From positions 1,888,001 to 1,952,000 of the forward strand of contig CAUVXB020000002.1 of assembly GCA_963555825.3 (NCBI GenBank): a stretch of DNA of 64,000 nucleotides. Direction: 5' to 3'. This document shows, piece after piece, positions 50,723 through 63,264 of this stretch (the stretch's first letter is position 1; every line of letters begins with the position of its first letter). Under the pieces are notes generated by a model that was not told where the DNA came from, did no database searches, and was given only the letters and a program-made list of their open reading frames with translations. This DNA is from Alphaproteobacteria bacterium. Lineage in GTDB: Bacteria > Pseudomonadota > Alphaproteobacteria > JAAXGF01. The position numbers and the translations under genes were made by a program.

Positions 50723-51460
50723 GTGACCCGCGATTTCACCGCCGCCGACGCCCGCGCGCTGATGCGCGTTGCCGACACAGCGACACTCGCGACCGCCGGG
50801 CGCGACCCGGCCGGCTGGCCCTATGCGTCGCTGGTGTTGGTCGCGCTCGACCACGATGCGTCACCGATCCTGCTGCTCTCCGACCTCGCCGAGCACAGCA
50901 AGAACGCGGCCGGCGACGATCGCGTCTCGCTGTTGTTCGATGGCACCGCCGGCCTCGCCGAGCGGCTGACCGGACCGCGCCTCAGTGTCCAGGGGCGCCT
51001 CGCGAAGACCGCCGAGCCGCGCCACCGCGCGCGCTTCCTGGCGCGTCACGCGTCGGCCGCGCAATACGCCGATTTCGCTGATTTCCACGTCTACCGCGTC
51101 GCGCTCGAGGGCGCGCATGTGGTCGCCGGCTTCGGGCGCATCCACGCGATCGCCGCCGACGATCTGCGCTATGACGCGCCCGCCGCGCTCGCCGCGGCCG
51201 AGGCCGACATCGTCGCGCATATGAACGGCGACCACGCCGACGCGGTGGCGCTCTATGCGCGCGAGCTCTGCGGCCTCGCGGGCGACGGCGCGGCGCTCGT
51301 CGGCGTCGACCCCGAGGGCTGCGACCTGCGCGTCGGCGCGCGTCTCGCGCGCCTCGCCTTCGAGGCGCCTGTCGCCGACGCTCAAGACGCGCGTCAGGCG
51401 CTGATCGCGCTCGTCCAACGCGCGCGGCAGCGGGCCGCCGCGCAGTCCGCCCGACAGTGA
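50723..51460 (+). CDS. HugZ/pyridoxamine 5'-phosphate oxidase-like protein (with DUF2470)
   Basis: [33 protein letters not shown]. Confidence 0.85.
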   Translation: MTRDFTAADARALMRVADTATLATAGRDPAGWPYASLVLVALDHDASPILLLSDLAEHSKNAAGDDRVSLLFDGTAGLAERLTGPRLSVQGRLAKTAEPRHRARFLARHASAAQYADFADFHVYRVALEGAHVVAGFGRIHAIAADDLRYDAPAALAAAEADIVAHMNGDHADAVALYARELCGLAGDGAALVGVDPEGCDLRVGARLARLAFEAPVADAQDARQALIALVQRARQRAAAQSARQ

Positions 51461-51596
51461 CGGCGAAAATCTGCGCGTCCGGGCGCGATCAGGCCAGACC
51501 ATCCTTGCGTCACCTTTTGAAATTTGGTGAACTGGCGAGCAATCGCGCGGGCGCCGGGGGCGGTCGGACTTGGGCGTCGAAGAGAACGGAATTTCA

Positions 51597-51617
51597 GGGG
51601 GGGGGGGGGGGGGGGGG
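51597..51617. repeat. Poly-G tract (21 nt) at the pckA ribosome-binding site
   Basis: Direct observation; ends 3 nt before ATG 51621. Confidence 0.85.
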
Positions 51618-51620
51618 CCG

Positions 51621-53225
51621 ATGCGAACGCCCGGACCGATTATCGGTAGTTACGGATTAGAGAACCACGGCCTGCGCAACCTGGCGGCGGCGCATTGGAA
51701 CTACACCACCGCGGGCCTCTACGAGGAAGCGATCCGGCGCAACGAGGGGCAGATGGCCCACGGCGGCGCGCTGGTCGTACTGACCGGCAAACACACCGGC
51801 CGCTCGGCCAACGACAAATTCATCGTCGAGGAGCCATCGAGCGCCGACAATATCTGGTGGGGCGCGGTCAACAAGCCGCTCTCGATGGAGCGCTACGCCG
51901 CGCTCAAGCAGCGCATGGTGGCCTATCTGCAGGGTCGCGAGGTGTTCGTCCAGGACTGCTTCGCCGGCGCCGATACGCGCCATCGCCTGGCTGTGCGCGT
52001 GGTTACCGAGCACGCCTGGCACAACCTGTTCGCGCGCAACATGTTCATCATCCCCGAGCGCGCCGACTTGCTCGAGTTCGAGCCCGGCCTGACGGTAATC
52101 CAGGCGCCCGACTTCCTGGCCGACCCGGGGCGCGACGGCACCAACAGCCCGGTCTTCGTCATCGTCAACTTCGCCGAGCGCGAGGTGCTGATCGGCGGCA
52201 CGTCGTATGCCGGCGAGATCAAGAAGTCGGTCTTCTCGGTACTCAACTACCTGTTGCCCGCCGCCTCGGTGCTGCCGACGCACTCGTCGGTCAACGTCGG
52301 TCCAGAGGGCGACTCGGCAATCTTCTTCGGCCTCTCGGGTACCGGCAAGACGACGCTGTCGGCCGACCCGAAACGCACGCTAGTCGGCGACGACGAGCAC
52401 GGCTGGGGCGACGACGGCGTGTTCAACTTCGAAGGCGGCTGCTACGCAAAGGTGATCCGGCTGAGCGCCGAAGACGAGCCCGAAATCTACGCCACCACCC
52501 AGCGCTTCGGCACGATCCTCGAGAACGTCGTCATCGACGACAACCGCCAGCTCGACCTCGACGACGCGAGCTACACCGAGAACACCCGGGCGTCGTATCC
52601 GCTCGACTACATTCCCAACGCGTCCGCGACCGGCTGCGCGGGCCAGCCGAAGAACGTCGTCATGCTGACCGCCGACGCGTTCGGCGTGCTGCCGCCGATC
52701 GCCAAGCTCAGCCCCGAGCAGGCGATGTACCACTTCCTGTCGGGCTACACCGCCAAGGTGGCGGGCACCGAGAAGGGCCTCGGCAACGAGCCGCAGGCGA
52801 CATTTTCGACCTGCTTCGGCGCGCCCTTCATGCCGCGCCATCCGTCGGTCTACGCCGAGATGCTCGGCAAACGGATCGAGAGCCACGAGACCAATTGCTG
52901 GCTGGTCAACACCGGTTGGAGCGGCGGCGCCTACGGCGTCGGCAGCCGGATGAAGATCCAATACACCCGCGCGCTGTTGCATGCCGCGCTCGACGGCAGG
53001 CTGGCGACGGCGCCGATGAGCGTCGACCCGAGCTTCGGCCTGACCGTGCCCGACGCCTGCCCCGACGTGCCGAGCGAGGTGCTGCGGCCACGCGACACCT
53101 GGGCCGACAAGCAGGCCTACGACGACACGGCGCGCGACCTGGTCGGCCGTTTCCACGCCAACTTCGACGATTTTGCGCCCTATGTCGACGACGAGGTGAA
53201 GGCCGCGGCGCCGCGCGCGGCTTAG
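51621..53225 (+). CDS. pckA: Phosphoenolpyruvate carboxykinase (ATP)
   Basis: [44 protein letters not shown]. Confidence 0.97.
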   Translation: MRTPGPIIGSYGLENHGLRNLAAAHWNYTTAGLYEEAIRRNEGQMAHGGALVVLTGKHTGRSANDKFIVEEPSSADNIWWGAVNKPLSMERYAALKQRMVAYLQGREVFVQDCFAGADTRHRLAVRVVTEHAWHNLFARNMFIIPERADLLEFEPGLTVIQAPDFLADPGRDGTNSPVFVIVNFAEREVLIGGTSYAGEIKKSVFSVLNYLLPAASVLPTHSSVNVGPEGDSAIFFGLSGTGKTTLSADPKRTLVGDDEHGWGDDGVFNFEGGCYAKVIRLSAEDEPEIYATTQRFGTILENVVIDDNRQLDLDDASYTENTRASYPLDYIPNASATGCAGQPKNVVMLTADAFGVLPPIAKLSPEQAMYHFLSGYTAKVAGTEKGLGNEPQATFSTCFGAPFMPRHPSVYAEMLGKRIESHETNCWLVNTGWSGGAYGVGSRMKIQYTRALLHAALDGRLATAPMSVDPSFGLTVPDACPDVPSEVLRPRDTWADKQAYDDTARDLVGRFHANFDDFAPYVDDEVKAAAPRAA

Positions 53226-53255
53226 CCAATCCATGGTGAGAAATCCGGGCTAGCC

Positions 53256-53885
53256 ATGAGCGAGACGATCATCGCCACGTTCGTCACCTTCGTCGTCGTC
53301 GTCGACCCGATCAGCACTACGCCGCTCTTTGCCGCCCTGACCGCCGAGGCCTCGGCGTCCGAGCGGCGCCGCATCGCGCTGCGCGGCGTGGCCATCGCGA
53401 CCGGCGTATTGATCGCCTTCGCGTTGGGCGGCGAATGGTTGCTGACTGCACTGGGCATCGGCCTGCCCGCCTTCCGCATCGCTGGCGGCATCCTGCTGCT
53501 GCTGCTCGCCATCGACATGGTGATGGCGCGGCAATCGGGCTTGCGCGCGATGACACCCGGCGAGGAGGCGGAAAGCAACCAACGCGCCGACGTCTCGGTA
53601 TTCCCGCTGGCGATCCCGCTGATCGCCGGGCCCGGCGCGCTGACCATGGTGGTGCTGCTGATGGGCGCGGCGGCGGGCGACCTCAGGACTCAGGCGGTGA
53701 TCATCGCCGTGCTCGTCGCCGTGCTGGTCGTCACGCTCGCCTGTCTGCTGCTGGTGAACGGGATCATGCGGCTCTTGGGCGTCACCGGCATCAACGTGGT
53801 GACGCGTGTCTTCGGCATCATCACCGCCGCGCTGGCCGTGTAGTTCATCGTCGACGGCCTGCTCGCGGTGTGGCCGGCGGCCTAG
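53256..53885 (+). pseudogene. MarC-family membrane protein with premature TAG at 53841-53843
   Basis: AFRIAGGILL, FPLAIPLIAGPG; ALAV*FIVDGL where the family has ALAVQF..DG. Confidence 0.8.
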
Positions 53886-54418
53886 CCGACGGATGGCGAA
53901 TCCGGCAAAAAACGCGACGACCAGTTGGCTGGTCCCCGCGCTGTATCGATAGCAGGCGTAGTCGTAACCTGGGCCTATCACAGCACGGAACATCGGGCTC
54001 GGCCTATCCAGATCGCACGCACGATGCTATGCTATGCGTCAATTCAGGTCTATCTGGGTTGTGTCGAGTAAATAGTCGGAACCCTTTCCCGGACGATCGT
54101 GTGAATGAGCCTGTGAACCAACAGATATCGATACCGCTCGAGGAAAGCTCGAGTGGGGATACCGAACGCGGTGGAAACAATGACGCCGCCGCGGTGAGCG
54201 AGGGCGGGAGCACCAAAGCTGAACGCCAGGAGTTCTTTTTGCCGGTCTCGAACTTTGTTTGGTTCTATCCGGAGGAAGTGAAAATAATCAACCATCCGGC
54301 CTTTCAAAGGCTTGGACGCATTAATCAGCTCGGCCAATCGTATTTGGTCTTCAGAGGAGCAACTCACAAGAGAATTGAACACTCTATGGGCACAGTCGAC
54401 ATATTGCAACGTATGATC

Positions 54419-55523
54419 CTTGCCTATCCGGTTAACGCCCATGACCGCTACATGTAGGGTGCCGCCACTCTCCCGAGTAAAGCTCGGCATAGGTTGGAGC
54501 AGAGGTGTCGCCCGCGATGCCGAGCAATGAGCGGAAGGCGTTGAACGGGTAGAACCGCCTGTTGAAGCGGAAGGTGAACTCGTTGAGGTAGGCTTGTAGG
54601 TGCTGGTGGCTAACGCCGTGGTGGATACCGATCAGCCACGTCTTCAGGTTGGCGAAAACCAGATGGATGATCGGCAGGTATTGCTCGGCAACCTCTGGAT
54701 CACCACACTCGGCAACAGCGAAGTGCTCATAGCCGCGCTTACCGAGGCCAGCATAGCCGCTCCAATCGTCAGTAACGATCAGCGATCCCGGCGCGACGGT
54801 GCTCTCGACGAACCCACAGAGCGACTCGGCGCTACGGTCGAGCACGACGGCGAGCCGAACGCGTCCGGCATAGCGTCCGTCTTTCCGGTTGTCGAGCTTG
54901 GTGCCCGGCTTTCGATGACGCACCTCGATGGCACAGGAGACGAGAACCTTGTGGTGAACACCACGGCCTTCCCCACGCGTTCGCCCGCCAACCCAGGTTT
55001 CGTCCACCTCAACATGGTTCTTGGGCTGTCCACCGATCCTGTCTTGGTTGGGCCGCACCATGCCCGAGCGGAGCTTGTGGAGAATTTGAAAGGCCGTCTC
55101 GTAGCGCGAAAGACCAAGTTGCCGCTGAAACTGCACGGCGGACATGCCGGGCGTCTGACTGGCGACCAGATAAGCGGCCCAGAACCAGACGTTCAGCGGA
55201 GTGTGGCTACGCTCCATCACTGTTCCCACCGTCAGCCCGGTGTTCTGGCGGCACTTGCGGCAGCGCAGGACGCCAGGGCGGTTTTCAAAGTGGAACGGCT
55301 CTCCCGCCGTGCCGCAGTGCGGGCAGGCAAAGCCGTCTCCCCAGCGGGCTTTCTCCAGGTAGGCGGCGCAGGCCGCATCATCGGGGAAAAGTCGCTGGAA
55401 CTCGGGTAGCGAATGCGGGAATGGGAGATCGGCGCGGTCGAGAACATCCATGGCGCGCTCCCCTATATCCGGTTTGCGCCCATTCTAGCCCTAGTGGGTG
55501 TGGGTGTAAACCGGATAGGCAAG
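54419..55523 (-). mobile_element. IS1595-family element (transposase 54432-55451)
   Basis: IR CTTGCCTATCCGGTT; 8-bp TSD GTATGATC; CPHCG zinc ribbon, VEVDET, TD.W.GY, YLNEF.FRFNRR. Confidence 0.95.
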
Positions 55524-56633
55524 GTATGATCGACGCTATACAGCACAACAGCAAGAAGAAGCGGCACCCGAAATGCGCAAAACCGCTTAGCAGGGCCGAA
55601 GAGCGCTTCACACGACTAGGTGCCCTGCTCCACGACATCGGTCACTTGGCCGCAGGCCACACCCTGGAAGACGAGCTCGGCCTGGTCGGCCATCATGACG
55701 CCGACGGACGGCTCGATCACATGTTCGAGTCCGACGATTTCAAGAACGTTGAGGACAATACGCTTGCCGAGCTGATCGACAAGGACTACGAGACATACGT
55801 TCCGAATGACCTCAAGAAACAAGGGATTGCCCCCTCTATCCTGGTGCGATTGCTGATTCGCAAGCCGCCGAAAAACCCGGACGAGGATAAACTGAAAGAA
55901 CAACAGGAGGTTCTGGACAAATCCAGGGATCCGCGACTCAACGTCTGCTCCAAAATGATCGCCGACACAGTCTGCGCCGATCTGCTCGATTATCTCCATA
56001 GGGACTGGTTTCATATTGGAAAACCGAGACCTTTCGACGAGCGAATTTTGCAGTACATGGAGATCCGCAATGTCGAAGAGTCTGCGACCGGCAACGAGAT
56101 GTTGCCGAGTGACGAGTTTGTTATCTCCTTGGGCCAGAGCCCGAAAATCAGGACCGACGGCGTTTCGGCCATTCTTGAGCTTCTCGAGTGGCGCTACCAG
56201 CTTGCCGAGACAGTGTTGTTTCACCGCACGAAACTTTCAGCCGCGGCAATGCTCGACCGTGCTTTGTACGAACTTTGGGGCGGCGATAAGGAGGTGAACA
56301 TCGAGAAGATCGTCCTTCCGCTCAGCGATGAGCAGTTAATCGACGTCTGTGCCGATATCGCGAAGTTCAAATTAAAGAACATAAGAAAGCCTGAATCAGC
56401 AAATTCAAAAGAAAGGATTTCCCAGCTGGAAGCTGCCCACAAACTCCTAACGGCCATTAAGCGAAGAGAATTATTTGCGGACTTGAGGACCTATTCCTAC
56501 GGCCAACTAAATTTGGAGGTCCGTAAGGAAGTGAAGAGACTTTATGGCATTGATGGTGATAAAGAGCCCGACAAAGAGAGCCCAAAGAGCCGCACAAGGG
56601 CTCTGCGCCTTATGGAGGATGATTTCGGGCTTC

Positions 56634-59600
56634 GAGCTATAACCGAATCTTGTGTACGGCGTTGAAATGAAGGCGGCGTATCCTGGTGATTGTTGATGTC
56701 ACCACTTGAGCTAAGCCAAGGAAGGATACGCCATGAAAGAGAATACCGTTGTTGCTTTTCAAAACCCATCTGATTTTCAGAAAGATCCGTTGACGGAAGT
56801 CCTACAAGCTGGAGCTCGCGAGTTGTTGGCCCAAGCCGTTGAGGCCGAGGTCTCCGTGTTTTTGGGTAGCCATGCGGCGCTTGTTGACGCCGCCGGCCGC
56901 CGCCGGGTTGTCCGCAATGGATATCTGCCGGAACGCTTCATCCAGACCGGGATCGGCCCGGTGAGCGTGCGCCAACCCCGTGTGCGGGACCGGGGGGACG
57001 GCGCCATCCGCTTCACGTCGGCGATCCTGCCGCGCTATCTGCGCCGCGCCAAGAGCCTGGAAGACCTTTTGCCATGGCTGTATCTGAAGGGCATTTCCAC
57101 CGGCGACTTCGGGGAAGCCTTGGCGGCGCTCCTGGGGAGCTCCGCGCCGGGGCTTTCGGCCTCCACGATCACCCGGCTGAAAGAGGTCTGGGGGGTTGAG
57201 GCGGAGCGCTGGCAACGGCGCGACCTCACGGCCAAGCGCTACGTCTATTTCTGGGTGGACGGCATCTATTTCAGCGCCCGCATGGAGGAAGAGAAGCAGT
57301 GCATCCTGGTGATCGTCGGGGCCACGGACAAGGGACAGAAGGAACTGATCGCCATCGCCGACGGCTATCGCGAAAGTGAGCAGTCCTGGCTCGAAGTTCT
57401 GCTCGATCTCAAGCGGCGCGGCCTTGAAATGGGTCCGCAACTGGCGCTCGGCGACGGCGCGCTCGGCTTCTGGAAGGCGCTCCGCCAAGTCTACCCAGGC
57501 GCCCGCGAGCAACGCTGCTGGGTTCACAAGACGGGCAACGTCTTGAACAAGCTGCCCAAGGGTCTGCAAAAGAAAGCCAAGGGGCGCCTGCAAGACATCT
57601 GGATGGCCGAAACCAGGAAGGATGCCGAGAGCGCCTTCGACTTCTTCCTGGAAGCCTACGGGCCGAAGTACGACAAGGCCGCGGCCTGCCTGGCCAAGGA
57701 CCGCGACGTCCTGCTGACGTTCTACGACTTCCCCGCCGAGCACTGGAAGCATGTACGCACGACCAACCCCATCGAGAGCACGTTCGCCACGGTTCGTCTG
57801 CGCACCTACCGGACCAAGGGCTGCCTGTCGCGCAAGACGGCGATGGCCATGGTCTTCAAACTATGCCAGTGCGCTCAGAGAAAATGGAGAAAACTCGATG
57901 GATCGAACCATCTCGCCGAGATCATTCGCGGCGTCAAATTCGTAGATGGAGAACGCCAGGATCGCGCCGCCGCATGATCAGCCCATACACAACTTTTGAC
58001 GGGGCGGTAAAAAGTTGTTGGCCGATGGCGTGCTTGTACAGGTCTTTGCGGTTCGGTGAAGAATATTTGCCTGTCTCCGCGTTGCTGGTGGATAAAACCT
58101 GATATTACCTACCCTTGGCTTCTCCTTGGCTTCGTTTTTTATGGTGCGATTGCCGCGCAGCGTCGGATATTGAGGCCGAGGGCACGCAGATTGACCACGT
58201 AGCGCATGGCCGGCATGCCGCGAATGCGTAGGTGAGCCAGGTTCATCTGGTACTTTAATCGCGACATGGTCGCTTCTATGCCGGCCCGCCATCTGTAGAC
58301 GTTGCGGAAGGCATCGCTTTGTTCATAAAGCCGGCGCTTTTGGTTGGCAGCCCTGGCCGGGGTATATTGAAAGCGGGAAAATTGGCCGTCACGCTTGGCC
58401 GCCTGCACGGGACATCGCAGTATATCGGGACATTTTTGGCAGATGGAGAGGTCGAAACGGGCCTGCAGCTTGGCTTTGGCGAGCGAGGCTGAAACCGGTT
58501 CGACGTTATTGGGACAGCGCAAGACCAAGCCTTCTTCGTTGAGAGTGAAATCCTCCAACGTCAACCGTCCCGAGACGGCGCCTTTCGGCGGTCGTGCGGG
58601 CGCCACGAGATTGATGTTCTGTTCGCGCGTCAGAGCCATGTTGTCACTGGAACCGTAATGTGAATCACCCAGCATCACCGCCGGCGTCAGCGCGCGCTCG
58701 CTCAGATCATCCAGCGCATCGGCTAAGCGATGGCCGTCATGCACCGTCATCTTGTGGACCTCCACGTGGGTGATGAGGTCCGGTGTCGCGGCAACCGCCT
58801 CGTTACTGACATCTTCACAATAGGTTTCGACGATCTGCGCCATGTATCCTTGACCCTTGTGCGCGTTGTAGCTCGCGTCCGGGTCGGCCGGATTGCCGAC
58901 GGTATCGCACGGCACATCCTTTGGATCTCGAATCGCGGCGCGCGTTGCGTCACGATCGCCATACTCATCATCAACGATCTCGAACTGATCGCGCAGAACC
59001 CTCTCCAGGATCGCAAAACTGGAAAGCTTTGCCGCCGCCGTGTCACGGAATTGCAGCACCAGGGCTAGGAGATACTGACCCGCTTCGCCGAGGCGCCGTT
59101 TTGAAACACTCGGCGCCGTATTCGCGAACGCGCCATTACCCTCGCGATCGACATAGCGGCGGATCACCTCCTTGCTGATCTGCTCGTGCAGACCGGGATG
59201 ATATCGCTCAAGCTCACGGGCAAACTTCGAGATGCTCTCAACAACGATACCAAGTCGTGTCAGCGCCCGCATTGCCGAACGAAGGGCCGTCGAATCCATG
59301 CGTTGGTGGCTGGTATCGACAGAGAACCCCTGCACCAGCCGATCCGTCAAACACCGGAACAGCAATTCATCGAGACCTTGTTCGATAAACAGACGGCGAT
59401 AGTTGCGCAGGGTTTTCTCACAGAAATAGCTGTCCGCTTCGCTGCGCACGTCCAAGGCATAGTGCCACGCCATATTGAAGGCCAGGGCCTCGACGGTCTC
59501 TGCATCGCTCAGATCGTGCAGCTGCTGCAAAAGCAAGACCCCGATGACAACGTGTAGATCCTTCGATGGTCGGCCCATGCGTTCATCAAGGTGACGGCAA

Positions 59601-59816
59601 AGATCGTCAACCGGAAGTTCGACAAGCAGATGGTTCCGAAAAACCCCGGCCCAGGATTGCTCCATCAGGCGCCGACGTTTGTCCCCGAAATCGGACCAGC
59701 GATCAAACAATTCCCCAGTCCGTCGGTCGCGTAAAGTAAACATGCACAATTATAATCCAGCCGACTCTCATGAGGAATCGACTTTTTACCGCCCCGTCAA
59801 CTTTTGACAATAGCTC
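56634..59816 (+). mobile_element. IS256-family element copy 2 (intact transposase 56733-57977; IRR interrupted)
   Basis: Ends GAGCTATAACC / GACAATAGCTC; 9-bp TSD TCGGGCTTC (56625-56633, 59817-59825). Confidence 0.95.
57998..59798 (-). mobile_element. IS1182-like element copy 2 (transposase 58139-59749), inserted in IS256 IRR
   Basis: Same 1801-bp element as 18212-20012 (one F/S difference in the protein); 7-bp TSD AACTTTT. Confidence 0.92.
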
Positions 59817-60795
59817 TCGGGCTTCCGCGCGGAAGCATTGCCATGTATTGCGCCGAGATGAATCCGAAACTTGCCGAGGTCTCCATTGCAGTAGGCGACG
59901 AAGTTGCGCACTTCCACCAATATGAACTGAACAACAACAATGTGCTTTCAGGAGGTCACCTGGGGGCCCAGATTCGCCGGTTCGAGTATCTTTGGCGCGT
60001 CCACTTCTTCGTCGACCGAAAGACAAAGCTCTTCCTGGACGAGAACAATCTGTCGATCACCTTGAACCGCGCGATACGATCGCACGTCTTGGGCGATCTC
60101 CGTGACGAAGACCGCGAGCAGGTCGTCTGGGAACTCGCCAAAACGCTGGCGAACCACAAGACTTCCAAATGGCATGGGAGAGCAGTGAGGGGCCCTTCGT
60201 TGGAAACGGCGGCCAAAGCCGACAAGAGTGTCGCGGAAATTTATCCGACTGGATTGCCGCGCATTCAGTCCTACTTCGAAGACTCCGATCGGAGCAAATG
60301 AAGAGCGAGACCATACAGCGCTACCGCTGTGCCCTTGCGGCCAATGCATCCAGCCTATTCGATCACTCCCCGAATTTGCCGGTGTGTTTTGAGCGAATTT
60401 GTGCCTTTCTGAAGGCCGAGGTCGTTTACAGTGACAAAGTGGCCAGAAACCAGGCGTATCTGCGCAAAGAAATTAAGCGAGGCGAGTTCGTGAAAATTCT
60501 GTTGTCGCCAAGTGGACTCGGATCGCCGTATGAGCGATTTTACATTGCTCACGAACTCGCGCACCTCTTGCTGTGGCGAATTTACAAGGCAGTCCCACAC
60601 GGATCGAGCGAATACTGGCAATTCGAAGACATCTGCGACGAGTTCGCCAGGACCTTGTTGATGCCGGAGGTTGAGGTGCGGCACCGGCTTGCGGCGGAAC
60701 CACGCCACGCTACGACTATGCTAAAGGCGAGTTATCGGCTCGCAAACCTTGCCAAGGCACCTTGGGCGCAGTCAGCCTACCGCATATCGGAATTA

Positions 60796-61970
60796 TACCA
60801 GTGAGCGCCTGAATTGACTCTCGGGATATTCATTGATGGCGGATGATGGCGGATTGTGATTCTATGGTCTCCCACCAGATGTGGGGGATGTCATGGGATC
60901 AGCACTCAAGATACGGGATGATTTGACGCCTTTGGAGCTTCGGCGCTGGGCTCGCGTGGAATCGTACGGTCGAGCGGCGGCGCGGGCCTATGGGATCGCG
61001 AATGCTTTGGAGGAGATGCCCCGGGCTGATGCCGCGCGGCTTGCGGGGATGGATCGCCAAACGCTTCGCGACGCGGTTGTTCGTTACAATGCAAAGGGAT
61101 TGGAGGGGCTTCACGACCGTCCAAAGGGCTACTCGCCGCGGCGGCTGACGGCAGACGAGGAAGCGGCGCTGGCGGCGGTCATCATCGCCGGGCCGGAGCC
61201 TGAGCGCGACGGGGTTTGCGCCTGGACCCGGGCCGATCTGTGCCGCTGGCTGGAGGAGCGCTTCGCCAAGACCTACCACCCCTCGAGCATGACCCGGGTT
61301 CTACGGCGGATGGGATTTTCCCGCCAGAAGGCGCGCCCGAGCCACCCGCGAAGGGACGCCGAAGCGCAGGAGCGCTTCAAAAAAGGGGGCTTCGCGACAT
61401 CCTGAAGGCGACCGCCGCGGCGCATCCCGACAAGCGCCTACAGCTGTGGTTTCAGGATGAAGCGCGCGTCGGCAACAAGGGCCGGGTGTGTCACCGGTGG
61501 TGGCGCAGGGGCGAGCGTGCCCCCGGGACGCGTCAAATCGGCTACCAGTGGGCCTACATCTTCTCCGCCGTGCGCCCGGACACCGGCGACGACGTCACCC
61601 TGGTGATGCCGAGCGTCAACGCCAAGGTCATGGACCTGTTTCTCGCACACTTCGCCGATACCCTGGACCAGGATGCGCACGCCGTCATGATGTGCGACGG
61701 CGCCGGTTGGCACGACGAGCGCGCCCTCACCGTCCCCGACAACGTCACCTTGGCGCTGTTGCCGCCTTACAGTCCCGAACTCAACCCCGTCGAGCGGGTT
61801 TGGCTCTACCTACGCGAACGCTTCCTATCGCTCCGCGTCCTCGACGACACCGAGGCCATCATCGACGCCTGTTGCCAAGCATGGATCGACCTCATCGCAG
61901 AACCGGATCGTATGCGAACCCTCTGCGCCTATCCATGGATCATGAAGGTGATTTCATAGGCTCACTGGTA
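60796..61970 (+). mobile_element. IS630-family element A (two ORFs, frameshift at AAAAAAGGGGG)
   Basis: TACCAGTGAGC / GCTCACTGGTA ends, TTA flanks; FQDEAR, DGAGWH, LPPYSPELNPVE.VW. Confidence 0.93.
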
Positions 61971-62090
61971 TTAGAGCACCGAGCGAGCTTTTTTCGCATA
62001 AAGCCGCAGGGCGATGGCCGATTGAAGATTCTGGTTTCCACGTTACCGAGACACAAGGAATCAGGCCGCTTCATCTCTCTCGGCACCTCA

Positions 62091-63264
62091 TACCGACTCC
62101 GCCTGAATGATTCGGTTGCGACGGATTCCCGTTGGAATCGGAAAGGGTTAGGATCCGTAGTCATGATTCGCGGAGGGGCGGGACATGGCGCATGTCGAGG
62201 AACATTTGCAGCTTTCTGAGTTGGAGGGACGGTATCGCTCGGCGTCGGAGGCGACGGAGGCGCGGCACTTCCAGGTGATCTGGCTTTTGGCCAAAGGCCA
62301 TACGGTTCGCGAAGTGTCGGAGATGACGAGTTTCGGCCAACGCTGGCTCGAACAATTGCTTTCTCGCTACAACAAGCTCGGCCCGTCGTCGCTGGGCGAT
62401 CGTCGACGCTCGAACGGCTCCGAGGCGACGATCCTGAAGCCGGAAGTCCTGGCGGTGTTGAAAGAGCGCCTGAAAAAGCCGCCGGCGGACGGCGGCTTGT
62501 GGTCTGGGCCGAAGGTGGCGGCTTGGATGGCGGGCGAACTGGGCTTGGAGACGGTGGCGCCGCAACGGGGCTGGGAGGCGCTGAAGGCAGTCGAGTGGAG
62601 TTTGCAGGTGCCCAGGCCGAACAACCCCGGGGCGGCGAGCGAGGAAGAACGCCAGGCGTTTAAAAAAAACTTCACCGCCTGGTCGCGGAAGAAGCCGAGC
62701 GCCACCCCGGCACGCCGATCGAAGTCTTCGCCAGCGACGAACACCGGCTCGGTCTGAAGCCATTGGCCCGGCGCTGCTGGGCGCCGCGCGGGATGCGCCC
62801 GGTGGCGCTCGGCCACCACCGCTTCAAATGGCTCTACGTCACCGCCCTCGTCTCGCCGACCAGCGGAGAGACCTTTTGGTACATCTCCAATTGTGTCTCC
62901 AAGCCATTCTTCGAGAAGCTGCTCGCCCTCTTCGCCCGCGAGGCCGGCGCTGGGCAGAGCCGCATCATCATCCTGGTGATCGACGGCGCCGGGTGGCACA
63001 CGGCGCCGAACCTCACGGTGCCGGAAGGCCTCCACCTCGTCTACTTGCCGCCCTATACGCCCCAGCTGCAACCGGCCGAATGTCTCTGGCCCGTACTCGA
63101 CGAGCCGGTCGCAAACAGACACTTCGAGACCATCGAGGAACTCGACGCCGTCGTCGCCCGGCGCTGCCTCACTCTCGATGCCAATCCCGAACTCTTCAAG
63201 GGGCGTATCGACTTCCACTGGTGGCCCAAAACCATCTATCCGAACTGATCAGCCGGATGCAGTA
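62091..63264 (+). mobile_element. IS630-family element B (two ORFs, frameshift at A-run near 62662)
   Basis: TAC...GTA imperfect IRs, TCA flanks; DEHRLG, DGAGWH, LPPYTPQLQPAE.LW. Confidence 0.9.

Larger units (their letters stand above)
54101..60301 (+). pseudogene. Reconstructed ~631-aa HD phosphohydrolase (SAMHD1/YdhJ-like), split by IS1595 and IS256
   Basis: Segments 54101-54418, 55532-56633, 59826-60301 join in frame; FQRL.RI.QLG, H.R.EHS.G, LLHDIGH, AD.LDYL.RD motifs; GTG start inferred. Confidence 0.88.

Noticed and set aside
53435-54457. 340-aa ORF as a real gene
   Set aside because: Its 5' part is an alternative frame of marC; only the part from about 54101 belongs to the HD gene.
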